Assembly: GCA_017546265.1 (NCBI GenBank)
Contig: JAFYXG010000007.1
Location: forward strand, 3,211-67,210
Direction: 5' to 3'
DNA length: 64,000 nucleotides
DNA from: Alphaproteobacteria bacterium
Lineage (GTDB): Bacteria; Pseudomonadota; Alphaproteobacteria; Rs-D84
Below, in pieces: positions 28,125 to 38,857 of this stretch. The translations under genes and the position numbers were made by a program. The stretch's first letter is position 1. The number at the start of each line of letters is the position of its first letter. Below the pieces are notes generated by a model, which saw only the letters and a list, made by a program, of their open reading frames with translations, had not been told where the DNA came from and did no database searches.

Positions 28125-29840
28125 ATGGCAAACTTTGATAAACTTATTCTTATGAAAGATTTATCCAAAGACTTATTTAATCCCGTATCTGGCGAAGATT
28201 TTGTCCAGATGTTTAACACAAACTATGGTTCTCAGGAGACATTGCAGGGTTACGCAACCAAGGGTACGGTAAAAGATATCCGTGGCGATTTTGCGATGGT
28301 TGACGTTGGTCTGAAATCCGAAGGTCGTGTACCATTAAAAGAATTTGGTGCATCAATACCATCTGTTGGTGACATCATTGACGTTTTCGTAGAACGCTAT
28401 GAATCCCGTGAAGGTACAGCAATCCTGTCATATTCCAAGGCACGTGCTGAAAAAGCATGGAAAGACCTGGAAAAAACGGTTGCCGAAGGCATCGACCCAG
28501 AAGGTACAATTATCGATGTTGTACGTGGTGGCTTTACCGTTGACATCAACGGCGTATTTGCATTTATGCCATCATCTCAGGTTGACCACAAACCAATCCG
28601 TGATGCAAAATCTCTGATTGGCTTAAAGGACAAATTCCGCGTACTGAAAATGGACGCATTGCGTACAAACGCAATTGTATCACGCCGTGCGATTCAGTCT
28701 GACACAATCGCTGCTGCTCAGAAAGAAGCGATGAAGAACATCTCTTTGGGTGCAGTACTGGAAGGTACAGTTAAAAACATCACAGATTACGGTGTATTTG
28801 TTGACTTGGGTGGCATTGACGGGTTACTGCATGTCACAGACCTGTCATGGAAACGCGTAAATCATCCACGTGAATTAGTTCATGTTGGTGAAAAGATTAC
28901 AGTCAAAGTTATTCAATTTGACGCAGAATCTCATCGCATTTCATTGGGCATGAAACAACTGGAAGAAGATCCATGGGAAACAGCGTCACGTGCATTCAAC
29001 GTTGGCGACACAGTATCTGGCAAGGTATCATCATTGACAGATTACGGTGCATTCATTGACCTGGGCAACAATATCGAAGGTTTGGTACACATGTCCGAAC
29101 TGTCTTGGACGAACAAGAACATCCACCCCAGCAAAGTTTTGCAAAATGGCATGGATGTAAACGTTGTTGTTTTGGGCATAGACCAGGACAAACGCCGCAT
29201 TTCATTGGGTTATAAGCAACTGCAACCAAATCCATGGAAACAGTTTGCAGAAACTCACAACGTTGGCGATGTCATCACTGGCCCGATTAAGAACACAACT
29301 GAATTTGGTTTGTTCGTTGCCTTGACACCAGAATTGGACGGTATGGTTCACATTTCTGACCTGTCATGGAACAAACTGGACGAAGAAGAATTAAAGAAAT
29401 TCGTCCGTGGTCAGGAAGTAACTGCGAAAATTTTGGACATCAACCCAGAAAAAGAACGCGTTACATTGGGCATCAAACAATTGACAGAAAGTGCTGAAAA
29501 CAACGCCGCATCTATCAAGAAAGGTGCAGTTGTATGTGGCACAGTTTCCGAAATCACACCTGATGAATTGATTTTGACATTGGCTGGTGATGTACGTGGT
29601 GTTATTCGCCGCACAGACCTGTCCCGTGACAAATCTGAACAGGACACATCAAAATACAGCATTGGCGACAGCGTAGAAGCATCTGTTGTTTCCGTTGACG
29701 ACAACACTGTAAAATTGTCTATCCGTGCCCTGCAGGTGACATTGGAAAAACAGGCAGTCAAAGAATTCGCGAACGAAGCAGACAGTGGTTCTGTTTTGGG
29801 CGACATCTTGGGTGCTGCGATTGAAAACAGCAAAAAATAA
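28125..29840 (+). CDS. rpsA: 30S ribosomal protein S1
   Basis: 571 aa with six repeated S1 domains (e.g. GTVKNITDYGVFVDLGGIDGLLHVTDLSW and GKVSSLTDYGAFIDLGNNIEGLVHMSELSW). Confidence 0.97.
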   Translation: MANFDKLILMKDLSKDLFNPVSGEDFVQMFNTNYGSQETLQGYATKGTVKDIRGDFAMVDVGLKSEGRVPLKEFGASIPSVGDIIDVFVERYESREGTAILSYSKARAEKAWKDLEKTVAEGIDPEGTIIDVVRGGFTVDINGVFAFMPSSQVDHKPIRDAKSLIGLKDKFRVLKMDALRTNAIVSRRAIQSDTIAAAQKEAMKNISLGAVLEGTVKNITDYGVFVDLGGIDGLLHVTDLSWKRVNHPRELVHVGEKITVKVIQFDAESHRISLGMKQLEEDPWETASRAFNVGDTVSGKVSSLTDYGAFIDLGNNIEGLVHMSELSWTNKNIHPSKVLQNGMDVNVVVLGIDQDKRRISLGYKQLQPNPWKQFAETHNVGDVITGPIKNTTEFGLFVALTPELDGMVHISDLSWNKLDEEELKKFVRGQEVTAKILDINPEKERVTLGIKQLTESAENNAASIKKGAVVCGTVSEITPDELILTLAGDVRGVIRRTDLSRDKSEQDTSKYSIGDSVEASVVSVDDNTVKLSIRALQVTLEKQAVKEFANEADSGSVLGDILGAAIENSKK

Positions 29841-29864
29841 TTTTGCAAATTTGCGAAATAATTT

Positions 29865-29894
29865 CACCGTCTGCTTTGCAGGCGGTGTTTTTTT
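29865..29894 (+). terminator. Rho-independent terminator after rpsA
   Basis: CACCGTCTGC-TTT-GCAGGCGGTG followed by T7. Confidence 0.8.
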
Positions 29895-29911
29895 ATGATA
29901 CAATCAGACCA

Positions 29912-30478
29912 ATGGCTAAGAAAAAAACAATCATTGTCATGATGGGCGGCCCCGGTGTCGGCAAAGGTACATTTTCAAAAATGTTAATGCACCGTCATCC
30001 ATTTATTCATATCGAGGCCGGCCAACTTCTGCGTTCTGAACCTGCGGATTCTGTTATTGGCCGTCTGATATCTGCGGGCAACCTGGTTCCTGATGACCTG
30101 GTATGTAATTTAATTCGGAACGAAATAAAAAATAATTCAGATATTATTTTGGATGGATTTCCCCGCACGCTTGGGCAAGCCAAATGGCTGGTAAAAAATT
30201 ATTCCGCCACACACGATATACATGTTTTATATTTTGACGCACCGGACAACATACTGGTTGAACGAATTCAGAAACGCATCCACGATGGCAGTCATCGCCG
30301 TGATGATTCAAACATGTCGATAATTCGTCATCGACTGGAAAATTTTCACGCAATAACAATACCGGCTGTTGAATGGCTGCGAACGGCCCCCGGGATAAAA
30401 TTTTCTGAAATAGACGCAAACGGCGACACGACTGACAATTTCCGTGATATATTATCCGCCCTGCCCCAATACAGATAA
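29912..30478 (+). CDS. Nucleoside-monophosphate kinase, adenylate/UMP-CMP kinase family with short LID
   Basis: P-loop GGPGVGKGTFSK, NMP-binding GQLLRSE...GNLVPDDL and ILDGFPRTLGQAKWL. The short LID RIHDGSHRRDDSNMSIIRHRLENF has no Zn-finger insertion. The start is set at MAKKK (29912), downstream of the rpsA terminator. Confidence 0.8.
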   Translation: MAKKKTIIVMMGGPGVGKGTFSKMLMHRHPFIHIEAGQLLRSEPADSVIGRLISAGNLVPDDLVCNLIRNEIKNNSDIILDGFPRTLGQAKWLVKNYSATHDIHVLYFDAPDNILVERIQKRIHDGSHRRDDSNMSIIRHRLENFHAITIPAVEWLRTAPGIKFSEIDANGDTTDNFRDILSALPQYR

Positions 30479-30481
30479 AAA

Positions 30482-30499
30482 ATCCCCCATCCGGGGGAT
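30482..30499. terminator. Bidirectional stem-loop terminator
   Basis: ATCCCCC-ATCC-GGGGGAT, flanked by an A-run and a T-run, between convergent genes. Confidence 0.7.
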
Positions 30500-30500
30500 T

Positions 30501-32231
30501 TTATATCGTCATACGTTCCATAATTTGTCGCTGAACATATTCATCTTCACTGTTATACAACGGCCAATTACCATTTGCCAGTTCCTGCATAGATGTCAGT
30601 GGCTGATTCAATCTGGCACGATACAGCCACAGATTGGACATTACACGTTTAATATAACTGCGTGTTTCATATGCTGGAAAACTTTCGATATACAGCAACG
30701 GATCATACGTATAGAACGACTTTTCAAATTTTACCATTGTTCCCATTCCCGCATTATACGCCGCCAGCATTTTAATAATACTGTTTTCCACACTGGGATG
30801 TGCCAACAGGTCAACAATATACTGCTGTCCCAGGAACATGTTATGTTCCGGATTTGACATATCCATTTGTGTTATATCCAGTTTATTTGCACGTGCAACG
30901 CGTTTAGCCGTGCTGGGCATCAACTGCATAACACCGTTTGCACCCGCCCCCGATTTGGCAGACGTACGGAAATTACTTTCTTGTTTGGTAATCGCCAACA
31001 ACAAAGCCCGGTCAATCGACCACCCACCCATCGGTTCCCAATCTGGCAACGGATACTGGGCCGAATAAATAATATCATCGTCTATTTCCAATATTCCACG
31101 ATCACGAATAACGGATGCAGATTGAATTGAAACACGCGGCAACCCATACGCGGACGCAACTGCATTTACCGCATGCAACAATCTGTCAGACGACTTTGCG
31201 GTAATCAAATACTTCAGATATTCTTCGGCCCTGTCTTTACGCCCAATCTGCAACAGTGCCATAGCAATTTTTCCATATTTTGTTTCACGCAATTCATCAA
31301 AATCTTCACTGGTCACTTCCTGTTCAAAAAATTCATACTCTGGGGTTCGTCCCAGCATAGTTGCAGACAACGCCCCATAGAAAGACATAGGATATGCCGC
31401 AGCTACCCGCCAATATTTCCGTGCTGTTTTTCTGTCACCCTTAAAGTCTGCAGCCCGACCAGCCCAAAATGCGGCCTCGGTCTTGCGTGCATTGTTAATT
31501 TGTGGCAATTCCAGTATGCGACTGAAATACTTTTGCGATTCGGCAAAATTTTCTTCTTTGAAATACAGCAGTCCCATTGACCACAATCCATACTCAGAAT
31601 CAGCATCGGATGCAACAAATCCCCATTTTTTGGCTAATTCCATTTCACCATTTGTATAATATATATAAGACAGCCGTCCTGCCAATCGCCCATAATCCGA
31701 TTCGCTAAGTTTTTTTCGAAATGCCTTATCTTCCAGTATTTGTCGTGCCACTTTGGTCGAACCGGTTCGTATAGCACGTTTGAATTGACCGATTTTTTTA
31801 TCGGCATCCCCGCTATACTTTTTTGCGGTCCATGTTTCAGATTGTGCGGTTTCAATTGATTCGGACCCTGTTATCATTTTCGGCACAACCGCCGAACGCA
31901 CATCTGCTTTTTTTATCTGAGCCAGTTTTTCCAACCGCCCAGCACCAGGCATATCATAATACTTAGCCATCCATGCCTCGATTTCACGGCCACGCGTACG
32001 ATATGAATTAGAAACATAACGTTGGTACAAAACTTCATGCATTAAAACATCATCCAGGATTTGATTTTGTACCTTAATCGCAGTATCTATTTTTTCTTTA
32101 TCCTGCAGCATAAAAATTTGTTCATATAAACTGGCGTCCACATCGGTCAGTACTGGTGGCAAATCCGCCCCCATGACATTCAGCGGCATAATAACTGCAG
32201 CAAAAAAAGTTATGATTTTTTTCATTTTCAT
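30501..32231 (-). CDS. Soluble lytic murein transglycosylase (Slt70-like)
   Basis: Signal peptide, a long helical superhelix-like N-domain and an SLT catalytic block ITKQESNFRTSAKSGAGANGVMQLMPSTA...AAYNAG. Confidence 0.9.
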   Translation of the reverse strand: MKMKKIITFFAAVIMPLNVMGADLPPVLTDVDASLYEQIFMLQDKEKIDTAIKVQNQILDDVLMHEVLYQRYVSNSYRTRGREIEAWMAKYYDMPGAGRLEKLAQIKKADVRSAVVPKMITGSESIETAQSETWTAKKYSGDADKKIGQFKRAIRTGSTKVARQILEDKAFRKKLSESDYGRLAGRLSYIYYTNGEMELAKKWGFVASDADSEYGLWSMGLLYFKEENFAESQKYFSRILELPQINNARKTEAAFWAGRAADFKGDRKTARKYWRVAAAYPMSFYGALSATMLGRTPEYEFFEQEVTSEDFDELRETKYGKIAMALLQIGRKDRAEEYLKYLITAKSSDRLLHAVNAVASAYGLPRVSIQSASVIRDRGILEIDDDIIYSAQYPLPDWEPMGGWSIDRALLLAITKQESNFRTSAKSGAGANGVMQLMPSTAKRVARANKLDITQMDMSNPEHNMFLGQQYIVDLLAHPSVENSIIKMLAAYNAGMGTMVKFEKSFYTYDPLLYIESFPAYETRSYIKRVMSNLWLYRARLNQPLTSMQELANGNWPLYNSEDEYVQRQIMERMTI

Positions 32232-32233
32232 TC

Positions 32234-32734
32234 TTAAAACAACGAAGTTTTTGGCAGTTTACACACCACCGCACCTTCATCATCCTCTGGAATTTGGTCA
32301 ATAATTTTTTTAAAGTCCGCGATCTTTGAAAACTTACGATAAACGGAAACGAATCGAACGAACGCGATTGGATCCAAATTCAACAAGGAATCTGCAACCA
32401 TTTGTCCAACCTGGGCACTGCTGACTGTATCATCTGTGGTTTCTGTTTCCAGTCTACGATGAATAGACGTGACCAATCGTTCAATTTGTTCGTCCCCCAC
32501 TTCGCGATTTCTGCATGCCAATTTAATACTGCGGCGTAATTTTTCACGATCAAACGGTTCTAATTTACCACTATTTTTACGCACGACCAAATCACGCATT
32601 TGCACACGTTCAACAGTTGTAAATTTTGCACCGCACTGTTCACAGACACGGCGGCGGCGAATAATCGCATCTTCGATATCGGGTCTTGAATCAGTTACAC
32701 GGCTTTCCGTAGAATTGCAGTATGGGCATCTCAT
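32234..32734 (-). CDS. nrdR: Transcriptional repressor NrdR
   Basis: MRCPYCNSTESRVTDSRP...RRRRVCEQCGAKFTTVERV (zinc ribbon) plus an ATP-cone. The start is set at ATG 32734. Confidence 0.95.
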   Translation of the reverse strand: MRCPYCNSTESRVTDSRPDIEDAIIRRRRVCEQCGAKFTTVERVQMRDLVVRKNSGKLEPFDREKLRRSIKLACRNREVGDEQIERLVTSIHRRLETETTDDTVSSAQVGQMVADSLLNLDPIAFVRFVSVYRKFSKIADFKKIIDQIPEDDEGAVVCKLPKTSLF

Positions 32735-32903
32735 ATCATGATAGATTAGCAATCAAATCCCCCATTGGCAAGTGGAATTTAACACCCAAAAAAATGCAAT
32801 TTTTTAAAAAATCAAGTGCTTTATTTCAAAAAATCCCCATGGGGCACAAATTTTTTGCATCAAAAATATGATACAATAACCATACAAGGGGAAAACGAGA
32901 GAG

Positions 32904-34004
32904 ATGAACAAATACCTGAATCAAATTTTACTGGGTGATTGTCTGGAACTGATGCGTGGCATCCCAGACGCATCTGTTGATGCGGTATTTGCAGACCCCC
33001 CATATAATTTACAACTGGGTGCAAAAACATTATATCGCCCCGAAGACCAAACTGCCGCCCGTGCTGTACGCGATGAATGGGATTCATTTGAATCATCTGC
33101 GGACTATGATAATTTTACACGTGCATGGTTGGCGGAATGCAAACGCGTATTAAAGCCAAACGGTGCCATGTGGACAATTGGCAGTTATCATAACATATTC
33201 CGTGTGGGCTCGGCACTCCAGGACATGGGATTTTGGATTTTAAATGACATAGTATGGTTAAAAACCAATCCAATGCCCAACTTTCGCGGCACCCGTTTTA
33301 CCAATGCCCACGAAACACTGATATGGGCGACACCGACAAAAACGGGCAAATACACATTTAACTATGAAACCATGAAGAAATTAAACGGTGGCAAACAGAT
33401 GCGTTCCGACTGGGGCATAAACATATGCCTGGGCGAAGAACGGGTCAAAGGTGCAGACGGTAAAAGTTTACACAACACGCAAAAGCCATTGGATTTATTA
33501 CATCGAGTAATTTTGGCATCGACCAAGCCTGGCGACATAATATTGGATCCATTTATGGGTTCTGGCACCACGGCGGCTGCGGCATTAGAATTAGGACGCA
33601 ATTTTATCGGAATCGAACGCGAAGCGACATATGTTGCGGCGGCCCGCGAACGTATCGCCGCGGTAAAACCAATCGATTTATCAGATATCGAGGTATCAAA
33701 GCCCAAACGTGATGAAATTCGTGTTGCATTCAAAGAACTTATCGATGCAGGATTATTATACGTTGGTCAGACATTGGTCAGCCCACGTGGCGAACGCGTC
33801 ATGATAACCCACGATGGTCAGCTGACACATCAACTGTACGGCAAAGCATCCATACATGTAATGGCCGCAAAATTACAACGCAGTGTCAGCTTTAATGGTT
33901 GGGACTATTGGTCTGCCCAGAAACGCGATGGCACAATGGTTGCAATTGACGACCTGCGTAAATACATCCGCCAGGTCAAGGCAGGCATGAAACAGGCGGC
34001 CTGA
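32904..34004 (+). CDS. ccrM: CcrM-type N6-adenine DNA methyltransferase (beta-class, orphan)
   Basis: FADPPYNL (motif IV) near the N-terminus, DPFMGSGTTAAAA (motif I) later, and a C-terminal extension of about 90 aa as in CcrM. There is no adjacent restriction gene. Confidence 0.85.
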   Translation: MNKYLNQILLGDCLELMRGIPDASVDAVFADPPYNLQLGAKTLYRPEDQTAARAVRDEWDSFESSADYDNFTRAWLAECKRVLKPNGAMWTIGSYHNIFRVGSALQDMGFWILNDIVWLKTNPMPNFRGTRFTNAHETLIWATPTKTGKYTFNYETMKKLNGGKQMRSDWGINICLGEERVKGADGKSLHNTQKPLDLLHRVILASTKPGDIILDPFMGSGTTAAAALELGRNFIGIEREATYVAAARERIAAVKPIDLSDIEVSKPKRDEIRVAFKELIDAGLLYVGQTLVSPRGERVMITHDGQLTHQLYGKASIHVMAAKLQRSVSFNGWDYWSAQKRDGTMVAIDDLRKYIRQVKAGMKQAA

Positions 34005-34017
34005 CCCCACCAGAACA

Positions 34018-34749
34018 TTATTTCAAATTATTTTCCATTGCATACTGGTGCGGTGCCCGCACATCCCAGTTCACATTTTCTTTGACAATTTTTGCCGGCA
34101 CCCCTGCGATAACAACATTTGGCTTATCAAACTTTTTATTCACAATACTACGTGCCCCAACAACAGAATTATCTGCAATATTCGCCCCTTTCAACAGCAT
34201 ACACCCTGTTGCCAACCACACATGATTTCCAATACATATATCTGAATTTGCATTTAGAACTTTACCGTCATTACAATCATATAAAGTATGCCAATCCCCC
34301 GTCCACAACACTCCATCTGCAAACAAACATCCACACCCAATCGTTATATTCCCTGGCCCGGTACAAAAATCACACACACAATAATTAGTCGTTGAAAAAT
34401 TCTTACCAATAAATAAACTATTTTGATATTGTTCTCCTGCATATTTAATAATTTTAATTTTTCTTTGATAAACAATCGAAGATTGCAATTCAATATACAC
34501 ACCACTGCTGACACGAACATACAAATCCAGTTTTCCCAGCGGTTCGTGCAAAACCACATGATTATTATCACCGGTAAAAATAAACTTGCAACCACGCACA
34601 TGTTTAACACGAACGTGCCGCCCATCTTGCTTAACAATTTCTATAACATTATTCTGTGCTTTTCTGCGTTTTGCCCAATCGTACAAACGATGACGCAGCC
34701 GTCTTGACGGGATAAACCAACACAACACATATACAATTTTCTTTTTCAT
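34018..34749 (-). CDS. Hexapeptide-repeat (LbH) acyl/acetyltransferase
   Basis: The C-terminal half has left-handed beta-helix hexapeptide repeats (ICIGNHVWLATGCMLLKGANIADNSVVGARSIV). The N-terminus is MKKKIVYVLCWFIPSRRLRHRL. The start is set at ATG 34749. Confidence 0.75.
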   Translation of the reverse strand: MKKKIVYVLCWFIPSRRLRHRLYDWAKRRKAQNNVIEIVKQDGRHVRVKHVRGCKFIFTGDNNHVVLHEPLGKLDLYVRVSSGVYIELQSSIVYQRKIKIIKYAGEQYQNSLFIGKNFSTTNYCVCDFCTGPGNITIGCGCLFADGVLWTGDWHTLYDCNDGKVLNANSDICIGNHVWLATGCMLLKGANIADNSVVGARSIVNKKFDKPNVVIAGVPAKIVKENVNWDVRAPHQYAMENNLK

Positions 34750-34814
34750 GCCCAGATAATACCCCAGGAAAATATACATGTCCATCAAAAACCCCCGCCA
34801 TTTGGCGGGTATAA

Positions 34815-36074
34815 TTACGCAGCTTTTTTGGTTTCGCTCATAATTTCAATGGGTTCTTTTTTACCATTTACCACATCTGCATCTATGACGATTTCCGCCA
34901 AATCTTCTTTATCTGGTGCATCAAACATAGGCCGCATCAGCACACGTTCCAAAATACTGCGTAATCCTCGTGCCCCTGTTTTTCGTGCAACTGCCATTTT
35001 TGCAATTGCCCGCAGCCCATCTTCTGTGATATTTAACCGCACACCATCCAATTCCAACATAGCAGAGAATTGCTTTACAACAGCATTTTTTGGTTCGGTT
35101 AAAATCTGTACCAACGCATCTTCATCTAATGCTTCTAACGTGGTGATAACAGGCAAACGACCAATCAATTCTGGTATAATACCAAATTTCACCAAATCTT
35201 CGGGTTCAACGTCTTTCAAGAAATTTTTATTTTTGCGTTCTTCGACCGATTCCACATGTGCACCGAATCCAATTCCCCGTCTTTCGCATGTACGATTTCC
35301 GATTATTTTGTTCAATCCATCAAATGCCCCGCCACAGATAAACAAAATCTTACTGGTATCCAGTTGAACTGTTGCCTCGCCGGGGTGTTTACGTCCTGCC
35401 CCACCGGCCGGCACATTGGCAACGGTACCCTCGATTAGCTTCAACAAAGCTTGTTGCACACCTTCACCCGACACATCACGGGTCAAAGATGGATTCTCAG
35501 ATTTTCTGGAAATCTTGTCAATCTCGTCTATATAGATAATACCACGTCCCGCCCGTTCAACATCAAAATTCGCATTTTGCAACAAACGTGTCAGAACACT
35601 TTCTACGTCATCACCAACATAACCTGCCTCGGTCAATGTGGTTGCATCCGCGATTGCGAACGGCACATCCAAGATACGTGCTAACGTCTGTGCGAACAGT
35701 GTTTTACCGGTTCCTGTTGGCCCAATCAGCAGAACATTAGACTTCTGAATTTCCACATCGGACGTTGCCGCCACACTATGACGTTTATAGTGGTTATAAA
35801 CCGCCACCGCCAGGGTACGCTTTGCAACATCCTGACCGATAATATACTCGTTCATAAAGTTATACATCTGTGACGGGGTGGGCAATTTTGCCTTTTCTGT
35901 GCTGACCTGGCGTCTGTTATCATCGGCCATAATATCATTACACAGATTTATACATTCATCACAAATGCATACATTTTTTCCACTGACCAGTTTTTTTACT
36001 TCATATACTGCCTTGCCGCAAAAACTGCAGAACTGCTGATTATTTTCTGTTTTTGGTGTTTTATCTTCACTCAT
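34815..36074 (-). CDS. clpX: ATP-dependent Clp protease ATP-binding subunit ClpX
   Basis: Zinc finger CSFCGK...CICDECI, Walker [18 protein letters not shown] and an IGF-type loop region. Confidence 0.97.
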   Translation of the reverse strand: MSEDKTPKTENNQQFCSFCGKAVYEVKKLVSGKNVCICDECINLCNDIMADDNRRQVSTEKAKLPTPSQMYNFMNEYIIGQDVAKRTLAVAVYNHYKRHSVAATSDVEIQKSNVLLIGPTGTGKTLFAQTLARILDVPFAIADATTLTEAGYVGDDVESVLTRLLQNANFDVERAGRGIIYIDEIDKISRKSENPSLTRDVSGEGVQQALLKLIEGTVANVPAGGAGRKHPGEATVQLDTSKILFICGGAFDGLNKIIGNRTCERRGIGFGAHVESVEERKNKNFLKDVEPEDLVKFGIIPELIGRLPVITTLEALDEDALVQILTEPKNAVVKQFSAMLELDGVRLNITEDGLRAIAKMAVARKTGARGLRSILERVLMRPMFDAPDKEDLAEIVIDADVVNGKKEPIEIMSETKKAA

Positions 36075-36107
36075 ATCCCAATCCCCACAAAATCACCCAT
36101 TATTAAA

Positions 36108-36689
36108 TTATTTACGTTCCAAGATACCGTCAATCAGACCGAATTCTTTGGCTTCGACCGGACACATCCAATTATCACGTTCCATGGCATCAAACAGTTC
36201 TTTTTCTTTTTTACCTGTAAATTCAGCCATTTGTTTAATCAGTGTCTTTTTATTTTTCTGATATTGTGCCATCTGAATTTCCATATCAGTAATTTGCCCC
36301 TGTGCACCTGCCAACGGTTGATGAATCATCACCTGAGTATTTGGCAAAACAAATCTTTTTCCCTTTTCACCTGCCGCCAGTAATACCGACCCCATAGACG
36401 CAACCAACCCCATACCGATTGTTGAAACGGGTGCCTTGATATACTGCATGGTATCCATAATTGCCCATCCTGCGGACACATCGCCACCAGGGCTGTTTAT
36501 ATACATAGAGATATCTGCATTTGGATTTTCAGATTCCAAGAACAACAACTGTGCAACGATGCTATTTGCCATATTTGGTTCTATTTGTCCATTAACCATA
36601 ATAATACGATCACGCAACAGTCTCGAATAAATATCAAACGAACGTTCCCCCCGAGGAGATTCTTCTATAACCATAGGTATCAGTGCCAT
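36108..36689 (-). CDS. clpP: ATP-dependent Clp protease proteolytic subunit ClpP
   Basis: [12 protein letters not shown], catalytic Ser in [11 protein letters not shown], His in VMIHQPL and Asp in ERDNWM. Confidence 0.97.
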   Translation of the reverse strand: MALIPMVIEESPRGERSFDIYSRLLRDRIIMVNGQIEPNMANSIVAQLLFLESENPNADISMYINSPGGDVSAGWAIMDTMQYIKAPVSTIGMGLVASMGSVLLAAGEKGKRFVLPNTQVMIHQPLAGAQGQITDMEIQMAQYQKNKKTLIKQMAEFTGKKEKELFDAMERDNWMCPVEAKEFGLIDGILERK

Positions 36690-36802
36690 AATACAAATCC
36701 TTTATTTTCTGTGAAATTATACCATACAAAAACCCGATTCGCGAATTTATGATATATATAGTAAAAAATACATAAAAAGCAATCCCCATTACGGGGATTT
36801 TT

Positions 36803-38056
36803 TCACAATTGAATATATCCATTTGGAGATTTTTCCAACTGTTCCATTCCCTGTTCCAGTATTTTTCTGTATTCCATAAACTTTTTCTTATCATCCTTGC
36901 CCAGATTGCTAATAGCGGGCAATTTTACCGTCATAGGATTCACATGCACACCATCTTTGATAATCTCATAATGCAAATGTGGCCCGGTCGAGTAGCCAGT
37001 TGAACCAACATACCCGATTGTTTGCCCTTGTCTAACGGTTGTACCGACATTCACCCCCTTGGCAAATTTAGACATATGTGCATACAGTGTTTCAAACGAA
37101 CCGTTATGTCTAATTTTCACAAAATTTCCATGTCCTTTGTTATAACTGCGTGCGATAACACGCCCTGCCCCTGCAGCGGGGATTGGTGTACCGGTTGACG
37201 CACGGAAATCGACACCTTTGTGTGCCCGAGTATACCCCAGCACCGGATGTTTACGATTTTTTGAAAACTTGCTGGTGATTTTGGCATTATTAATTGGTGT
37301 ACGTTTCAGCGATTTTATTGCCCCATTACCATTTTCATCATAATACCCATACGTACCATCAGCCTTTTTAAATCTGAACATTTTAACATTTCCACGCAGT
37401 GCCTCGAACGAAACGGCCAAGACATGACCATTTTCAACCTTTTTACCATCTGAAAAGTTTTCTTCATACATCACAGAAAACTTCTGCCCAGCCCGCACAT
37501 CACGTTCAAAGTCCATTTCAAACGCCAACAAATCATACACATCTATCAGTATTCCTGCTGGAATTCCGGCCCTTTGCCCGGCTAAATAGAAACTGTCCCC
37601 ATCCAGGATTTCACCATGCTTAAACACGGCCCGTATATCACGTTCCACGTCCATGACGTTACAATTCCATTTTCCCGTATTATCACAGGTCAATTCCACC
37701 TGTTTCCACGGGGACGGCACAACCACAATCTTGGACACAGGCCCATTATCATCTAAACGAACAAATTCCAATTTATCACGTTCCGCCCGCAATGTTGTAA
37801 TATCTGCATCCTTTTTCAAGGCCGCTGCAATAACGTTTACATCATTATGATTTAATCCCTGGGCCAACAACAATTCAGACAAAGTATCCCCTGCAGCCAC
37901 CACAACCACGGTCTTAGATTCTGCACTTTCCGTATATTCTTTCTTATCCTGCTTGGAAACAACCAACAAAACTGCAACCAAACTTAAAACAACCGCCAAA
38001 GCCAAAACCATTTTGGTTAAATTAGTGGCATTCATAATAATTTTTGCTTTTTTCAT
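36803..38056 (-). CDS. M23 (LytM) family metallopeptidase
   Basis: N-terminal TM anchor. The C-terminal LytM domain has intact metal ligands HKGVDF and GPHLHYEI. The start is set at ATG 38056. Confidence 0.85.
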   Translation of the reverse strand: MKKAKIIMNATNLTKMVLALAVVLSLVAVLLVVSKQDKKEYTESAESKTVVVVAAGDTLSELLLAQGLNHNDVNVIAAALKKDADITTLRAERDKLEFVRLDDNGPVSKIVVVPSPWKQVELTCDNTGKWNCNVMDVERDIRAVFKHGEILDGDSFYLAGQRAGIPAGILIDVYDLLAFEMDFERDVRAGQKFSVMYEENFSDGKKVENGHVLAVSFEALRGNVKMFRFKKADGTYGYYDENGNGAIKSLKRTPINNAKITSKFSKNRKHPVLGYTRAHKGVDFRASTGTPIPAAGAGRVIARSYNKGHGNFVKIRHNGSFETLYAHMSKFAKGVNVGTTVRQGQTIGYVGSTGYSTGPHLHYEIIKDGVHVNPMTVKLPAISNLGKDDKKKFMEYRKILEQGMEQLEKSPNGYIQL

Positions 38057-38077
38057 GGCACCGATTATAATGCCTTT

Positions 38078-38857
38078 ATGAAAATAAATCAAGCCTTCGC
38101 AATCCTACAAAAATCAGGCGGCATCCGTGCGGCCCGAATAATAACTGAAAACACTAAAAAATTATCACAATTTCGTGTCTGGCATATGGCACACCAGTTA
38201 CGCTGCGGTGTTCCAGTTGCCAAAATAATTCATAAAAAGTGGTTTTATGGTCTGCCATTCTACACCAATCGTCATACACTGGATCCACGACCGGATACCG
38301 AAACACTGGTTGCGGCTGTTATTGCGGACATCACACCCGACTCCCCCCCCCGAATTCTAGATTTGGGCACGGGAACGGGCTGTATCATATGTTCATTGGT
38401 AAAAAACATACCCGGTGCAACCGGAATCGCAATCGACAAATCACACATGGCATTGCGTGTTGCACGCTATAACATACAAAAACTGGGATTGGCCGGAAAA
38501 ATAAACACTGTCCGTGCATCATTTGACAAACCACATAATTTCCATGAACGTTTTGACATAATTGTATCAAATCCCCCCTATATCGCGACCACAGACCCAC
38601 GTGTAAACACGGCCGCCACACATGACCCAAAAATGGCATTATACGCATCTGATAATGGCCTGGCGGCATATCGTTCAATTGCAAAAAATGCACATTATTG
38701 GCTGAAAGACAACGGCAAATTGTACCTGGAAATCGGTATTGACCAGGGCACAGATATAAAAAATATATTTATGAACAACGGCTGGAACCTGTGCCGCTCA
38801 GAATCTGATTTGGCGGGCATAGAACGGATTCTTATTTTCACGGGGGCACGACCATGA
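38078..38857 (+). CDS. prmC: Release-factor glutamine N5-methyltransferase PrmC/HemK
   Basis: SAM motif ILDLGTGTGCI and catalytic VSNPPYI. Confidence 0.85.
   Translation: MKINQAFAILQKSGGIRAARIITENTKKLSQFRVWHMAHQLRCGVPVAKIIHKKWFYGLPFYTNRHTLDPRPDTETLVAAVIADITPDSPPRILDLGTGTGCIICSLVKNIPGATGIAIDKSHMALRVARYNIQKLGLAGKINTVRASFDKPHNFHERFDIIVSNPPYIATTDPRVNTAATHDPKMALYASDNGLAAYRSIAKNAHYWLKDNGKLYLEIGIDQGTDIKNIFMNNGWNLCRSESDLAGIERILIFTGARP

Noticed and set aside
32753-32903. CtrA boxes (TTAA-N7-TTAA) upstream of ccrM
   Set aside because: I found no TTAA-N7-TTAA in the intergenic region by eye. The TTAA pairs seen near marR (4744-4782) have N6 or N9 spacing.
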